Below are positions 58,952-64,000 of a stretch of 64,000 bases of DNA, piece after piece. The translations under genes were made by a program, and so were the position numbers. The notes under the pieces are model-generated. The model saw only the letters and a program-made list of their open reading frames with translations. It ran no database searches and was not told the DNA's origin. Within the stretch, counting starts at the first letter, position 1; every line of letters begins with the position of its first letter. The stretch spans positions 608,001 to 672,000 of the forward strand of contig CBDBDR010000017.1 in NCBI GenBank assembly GCA_965203965.1. Reading direction: 5' to 3'. This stretch comes from Thermodesulfobacteriota bacterium. Its GTDB lineage: Bacteria > Desulfobacterota_D > UBA1144 > Nemesobacterales > JAJCZQ01.

Positions 58952-61015
58952 TTACCATATTCCGCCAGCTTCTCTTAGGACTCTTACGGTTTCGGTATAA
59001 CCGTACTGTGCAGCCAAGCGTAGAGGCGTTTTGCCGTCTTTATTTTTAGTATTGACTTTAGCCCCGGCAGCAATCAAGGCTTTTACAGTTGCAGTTTGAC
59101 CGTACTGTGCAGCCAAGTGTAGAGGCGTAGAACCGTCATTAGCTTTAGCTTCAATGTTAGCCCCGGCAGCAATCAAGGCTTTTACAGTTGCAGTTTGACC
59201 GTACTGTGCAGCCAAGTGTAGAGATGTAGAACCGTCATTAGCTTTAGCTTCAGTGTTAGCCCCGGCAGCAATCAAGGCTTTTACAGTTGCAGTTTGACCG
59301 AGAAATGCAGCATCATGTAGAAGTGTAAAACCGTATTTACCTTTAATCCCAACAGCTTTCAGGATTTCTACTACTGTAGTGTGACGGTACCGCGCAGCCA
59401 AGTGTATAGGCATATTGCCGTCTTTATCTTTAGTACTAACGTCAGCCCCGGCAGCCATTATGGTTTTTACGATTTCGGTATGACCTTTCCTCGCAGCCAA
59501 ATGTATAGGCATATCGCCGTCTTTATCTTTAGTACTAACGTCAGCCCCAGCAGCTATCAGGGCTTTTACGATTTCGGTGTAACCCCTATTTACATGCCAA
59601 TGCAGAGGTATATTGCCGTCTTTATCTTTAGTCTTGACATCAGTTCCGGCGGCTATTAGAGCTCTTACGTTTTCGGTGCGACCCCAAAATGCAGCCCAGT
59701 ATAAAGGAGTATTACCGGATTTATCTTTAGCTTCAATGTTAGCCCCAGCAGCTATTAAAACTTTTACCGTTTCGGTGCGACCCTTATCTGCAGCCACGTG
59801 TAGAGGCGTACTGCCGTCTTTATCTCTAGTGTTGACGTTAGCCCCGGCAGCTATTAGGACTTTCACCGTTTCGGTGCGACCCTTATCTGCAGCCCGGTAT
59901 AAAGGCGTACCACCGTTTTTATCTTTAGCTTCAATGTTAGCCCCGGCGGCTATTAGGACTTTCACCGTTTCGGTGTGACCTTTTCCCACAGCCACGTGTA
60001 GAGGCGTACTGCCGTCATTAGCATCTTTAGCTTTAATATTGGCCCCAGCAGCTATTAAAACTTTTACCGTTTCGGTGCGACCCTTATCTGCAGCCACGTG
60101 TAGAGGCGTACTGCCGTCTTTATCTCTAGTGTTGACGTTAGCCCCGGCGGATAGTAAGGCTTTTACGGTTGTAACATTGTAACCGTACTGTGCAGCCAAG
60201 CGTAGAGGCGTACTGCCGTCTTTATCTCTAGTATCGACATCAGCCCCGGCAGATAGTAGGGCTTTTACGGTTGTAACGTTGTAACCGTACTGTACAGCCA
60301 AGCGCAGAGGTGTATCGCCGGATTTATTTTTAGTACCGACATCAGCCCCGGCAGATAGTAGGACTTTTGCGGTTGTAGTGTTGTAACCGTACTGTGCAGC
60401 CACGTGTAGAGGCGTATTGCCGTCTTTATCTTTGGCATTGACATAAGCCCCAGCGGATAGTAGGGTTTTTACGGTCGCGGTATGACCATACTGTGCTGCA
60501 AAATGTAGAGGTGTACTGTAGTCTTTATCTCTAATATTGACTTTAACACCAGCATAACTTAGAGTTTTTATGGTTGCAGTATGGCCACGCTGTACAGCCA
60601 AATGTAGATCGGATTCTTTCAGGACTTTTATGGTTGTAGTTTGACCACAATGTGCAGCCAAGCACAGAGGTGTATCGCCGGATTTATTTTTAGTATTGAC
60701 TTTAGCCCCGGCGGATAGTAGAACTTTTATGGTTGCAGTACGACCGTACTTTACAGCCCAGTGTAGAGACGTATTACCTTTTTCTTTATCTTTAGTATTG
60801 ACGTTAGCCCCCGCGGCTATTAAGGCTTTTACGATTTCTGTGTAACCTTTCCCCGCAGCCAAGTGTAGAGGTGTATCACCGTAGTATTTAGCTTTAGCTT
60901 CAATGTTAGACCCTGTGGCTATTAGGGTTTTTACGGTCTCGGTGTGACCTTCCCGTACAGCCAAGTGTAGAGGTGTAAGGCGGCCTTTATTATCTTTAGT
61001 TTCAATGTTAGGCAT
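58952..61015 (-). CDS. Ankyrin-repeat protein (copy C, roughly 20 repeats)
   Basis: TPLH repeats; start placed at ATG 61015 (GGAG upstream), homologous to the copy D start. Confidence 0.9.
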   Translation of the reverse strand: MPNIETKDNKGRLTPLHLAVREGHTETVKTLIATGSNIEAKAKYYGDTPLHLAAGKGYTEIVKALIAAGANVNTKDKEKGNTSLHWAVKYGRTATIKVLLSAGAKVNTKNKSGDTPLCLAAHCGQTTTIKVLKESDLHLAVQRGHTATIKTLSYAGVKVNIRDKDYSTPLHFAAQYGHTATVKTLLSAGAYVNAKDKDGNTPLHVAAQYGYNTTTAKVLLSAGADVGTKNKSGDTPLRLAVQYGYNVTTVKALLSAGADVDTRDKDGSTPLRLAAQYGYNVTTVKALLSAGANVNTRDKDGSTPLHVAADKGRTETVKVLIAAGANIKAKDANDGSTPLHVAVGKGHTETVKVLIAAGANIEAKDKNGGTPLYRAADKGRTETVKVLIAAGANVNTRDKDGSTPLHVAADKGRTETVKVLIAAGANIEAKDKSGNTPLYWAAFWGRTENVRALIAAGTDVKTKDKDGNIPLHWHVNRGYTEIVKALIAAGADVSTKDKDGDMPIHLAARKGHTEIVKTIMAAGADVSTKDKDGNMPIHLAARYRHTTVVEILKAVGIKGKYGFTLLHDAAFLGQTATVKALIAAGANTEAKANDGSTSLHLAAQYGQTATVKALIAAGANIEAKANDGSTPLHLAAQYGQTATVKALIAAGAKVNTKNKDGKTPLRLAAQYGYTETVRVLREAGGIW

Positions 61016-61457
61016 TATATAATCTCCAATTAACATAATATAAAGGCATAAAACCATCATTACCTTTAGCTTCAATGTTAACCCCAGCGGCTATTGAAAC
61101 TTTTACAGTTCTGGTGTGACCCTTCCCTGCAGCCCAGTTTAATAGCAAAATTTGAATGATCTTAATAGTAGTTACCTTCTTTTTGATGATTTTACTTCCG
61201 CTGAACAGAGTAAACTTTCCCTTCAACAATTACAAAGAGTTATAAATAAATCAGCCTCAAATCTTTTTTGTTGCAACAATAAACAACCTCTCGGATACAG
61301 ATGTTCTAAATTAACGTAAGAATACTATTAAAATATTTCACACACTAAAACCACTTGGTGTTGTCATAGCTGGAGAAAATGAGTTTGATCCGTATAAGAA
61401 TCAAGAAGAGGGTTTTTGCTGTTTAATCTTTATGATGTTCCAAGTATTAACTGCTCA

Positions 61458-63434
61458 TCATATTCCGCCAGCTTCTTCCAGGATTTTTACGGTTTCGGTG
61501 TGACTGTGAAATACAGCCGCGCGTAGAGGCGTATTGCCGTATTTATCTTTAGTATTGACATTAGCCCCAGCAGCGAATATTAGGACTTTTGCGGTTGTAG
61601 TGTGACCTTTCTCTGCAGCCGCGTGTAGAGGCGTATTGCCGGATTTACCTTTAGCTTCAATGTTAGCCCCGGCAGCTATTAGGACTTTTGCGGTTGTAGT
61701 GTGACCTTTCTCTGCAGCCGCGTGTAGAGGCGTATTGCCGGATTTATCTTTAATATTGACATCAGCTTCGGCGGCTATTAGGACTTTTGCGGTTGTAGTG
61801 TGACCTTTCTCTGCAGCCGCGTGTAGAGGCGTATTGCCGGATTTATCTTTAATATTGACATCAGCTTCGGCGGCTATTAGGACTTTTGCGGTTGTAGTGT
61901 GACCTTTCTCTACAGCCGCGTGTAGAGGCGTATTGCCGTATTTATCTTTAGTATTGACATCAGCTTCGGCGGCTATTAGAACTTTTACGGTTTCTGTGTA
62001 CCCCCCCACTGCAGCCATGAGTAGAGGCGTACCAACGAATTCATTTTTAGTATTGACGTTTGCTCCAGCCACTATCAGGGCCTTTACGGTTTCAGTGCGA
62101 CCCCCAAATGCAGCCATGCGTAGAGGTGTATCACCGGATTTACTTTTAGCTTCAATATTGGCCCCGGCGGCTATTAGAACTTTCACCGTTTCAGTACCCC
62201 CAAATACAGCCCAGTATAGAGGTGTATAACCGGATTTATCTTTAGTATTGACATCAGCCCCGGCGGCTATTAGGACTTTCACCGTTTCAGTGCGACCCCC
62301 AAATGCAGCCATGCGTAGAGGTGTATCACCGGATTTACTTTTAGCTTCAATATTGTCCCCGGCAGCTATTAGAACTTTTACGATTTCAGTGTAACCTTCT
62401 CCCGCAGCCCGGTGTAGAGGTGTAAAGCCTTTATTAGCATCTTTAGCTTCAATGTTAGCCCCAGCGGCTATTAAGGCTTTTACGGTTACAATACGACCTT
62501 TCCGTACAGCCAAGTGTAGAGGCGTATTGCCGTCTTTATCTTTGGCATTGACATCAGCTCCGGCGGCTATTAGGATTTTTACGGTTGTAGTGTGACCTTC
62601 CCCAGCAGCCACGTGTAGAGGTGTAAAGCCTTCATTGGCATCTTTAGCTTCAATGTTATTAGCCCCACCAGCAGCTATTAAAACTTTTACGGTTGTAACG
62701 TTGTAACCGTACTGTACAGCCAAGCGTAGAGGTGTATTACCGGATTTATTTTTAGTATTGACTTTAGCCCCGGCAGCTATTAAAACTTCTACAGTTGTAG
62801 TGTTGTAACCGTACTGTGCTGCCAAGTGTAGAGGCGTATTGCCGTCTTTATCTTTGGCATTGATATAAGCCCCAGCGGATAGCAGAGTTTTTACGGTTGC
62901 GGTATGACCGTACTGTGCTGCAAAATGTAGGGGTGTACTGTAGTCTTTATCTCTAATATTAACTTTAACACCAGCATAACTTAGAGTTTTTATGGTTGCG
63001 GTATGACCACGCCGTACAGCCAAATGTAGATCGACTTCTTTCAGGACTTTTATGGTTGTAGTGTGACCGTAATGTGCAGCCAAGTGTAGAGGCGTATTGC
63101 CGTTTTTATTTTTAGTATTGACTTTAGCCCCGGCGGATAGTAAGGCTTTTGCGGTTGCAGTACGACCATATTGTGCAGCCCAGTGTAGAGACGTATTGCC
63201 TTTTTCTTTATCTTTAGTATTGACTTTAACCCCCGCGGCTATTAAGGCTTTTACGATTTCTGTGTAACCTTCCCCAGCAGCCATGTGTAGAGGCTTATCA
63301 CCGTAGTATTTAGCTTTAGCTTCAATGTTAGACCCTGTGGCTATCAAGGATTTTACGGTCTCAGTGTGACCTTCCCCAGCAGCCACGTGTAGAGGTGTAA
63401 TGCCTTTATTATCTTTAGCTTCAATTTTAGTCAT
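61458..63434 (-). CDS. Ankyrin-repeat protein (copy D, roughly 19 repeats)
   Basis: TPLH repeats; N-terminal ~250 aa highly similar to copy C. Confidence 0.92.
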   Translation of the reverse strand: MTKIEAKDNKGITPLHVAAGEGHTETVKSLIATGSNIEAKAKYYGDKPLHMAAGEGYTEIVKALIAAGVKVNTKDKEKGNTSLHWAAQYGRTATAKALLSAGAKVNTKNKNGNTPLHLAAHYGHTTTIKVLKEVDLHLAVRRGHTATIKTLSYAGVKVNIRDKDYSTPLHFAAQYGHTATVKTLLSAGAYINAKDKDGNTPLHLAAQYGYNTTTVEVLIAAGAKVNTKNKSGNTPLRLAVQYGYNVTTVKVLIAAGGANNIEAKDANEGFTPLHVAAGEGHTTTVKILIAAGADVNAKDKDGNTPLHLAVRKGRIVTVKALIAAGANIEAKDANKGFTPLHRAAGEGYTEIVKVLIAAGDNIEAKSKSGDTPLRMAAFGGRTETVKVLIAAGADVNTKDKSGYTPLYWAVFGGTETVKVLIAAGANIEAKSKSGDTPLRMAAFGGRTETVKALIVAGANVNTKNEFVGTPLLMAAVGGYTETVKVLIAAEADVNTKDKYGNTPLHAAVEKGHTTTAKVLIAAEADVNIKDKSGNTPLHAAAEKGHTTTAKVLIAAEADVNIKDKSGNTPLHAAAEKGHTTTAKVLIAAGANIEAKGKSGNTPLHAAAEKGHTTTAKVLIFAAGANVNTKDKYGNTPLRAAVFHSHTETVKILEEAGGI

Positions 63435-63677
63435 TATATAATCCCTAATTAAATGTAATATAAAGGCGTAAAACCGTCATTACCTTTAGCCTCAATGTTA
63501 GTCCCGGCAGCTATTAGAGTTTTTACAGTTACAGTTTGACCTTTCCCTGCAGTTCAGTGTAACAGCAAAAATTGAATGGTCTTAATGGTAGTCATCTTCT
63601 TTTTGATGATTTTTCCCTCTGCTGAACAGAGTAAACTTTTCCTTCAACAATTACAAAGAGTTATGAACAAGTCAATT

Positions 63678-64000
63678 TCAAATCTTTTTTGTTGCAACAA
63701 TAAACAATCTCTCGGATCCAGAAGAGATCTTGGTTCTTTCCATGTCAAAAAACTTGATCGCCGTAAACCAACCACGTAGAGCATCTCTTATTTTCTGCAA
63801 AGAAAAAGCCCTTTCATAAAGCGTCTCTTCATGTTCCAGATATTGGTTATTGTCCAAATGCTCAAATATCCTCAGATGCCATTCATATATTGAACTGGAA
63901 TGAGAGACGTTCGTTATCAACACGTTCCTTTCAAATTCATGAACTAAAGGGGATGATCTTGAAAGTTTCTTCAACTTGTATTCCGTATTTGTATCAAATA
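63678..64000 (-). CDS. 3' part of probable class I SAM-dependent methyltransferase (runs off window end)
   Basis: Frame open to the window edge: FDTNTEYKLKK...EHEETLYERAFS...SERLFIVATKKI, resembling the C-terminal half of this family. Confidence 0.65.
   Translation of the reverse strand, partial: FDTNTEYKLKKLSRSSPLVHEFERNVLITNVSHSSSIYEWHLRIFEHLDNNQYLEHEETLYERAFSLQKIRDALRGWFTAIKFFDMERTKISSGSERLFIVATKKI

Overview
A 64-kb AT-rich bacterial chromosome segment. Most of it is housekeeping: proS, clpB, greA, carB, thiC, tsaD/tsaB, trpS, lolA, ftsK, nuoN, purQS, parAB, pgpA-cinA-recA-pilT, ilvBNC and psd-pssA, plus one 16S-tRNAIle-tRNAAla-23S operon with no linked 5S. The ankyrin expansion suggests a host-associated lifestyle (inference only). 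The most striking accessory feature is four ankyrin-repeat genes in two tandem pairs (19.1-23.1 kb on +, 58.8-63.8 kb on -). All four sit between the same conserved upstream and downstream flanks. The + pair carries a copied 3' end of the methyltransferase gene that precedes the - pair. It appears to have landed inside a restriction-endonuclease gene, whose two halves can be read on either side of the 4-kb insert, and no transposase or integrase is present in the window. The ankyrin repeats are near-identical at DNA level but hypervariable at a few codons, and modules are shared between loci. Other notable items: a promoter-(GAGCCAAA)x42-terminator-ORF unit, a C4-like antisense leader that pairs with the start region of a PEGA lipoprotein gene, an A9 homopolymer frameshift in a PD-(D/E)XK-like gene, and several single-gene insertions in conserved gene blocks.
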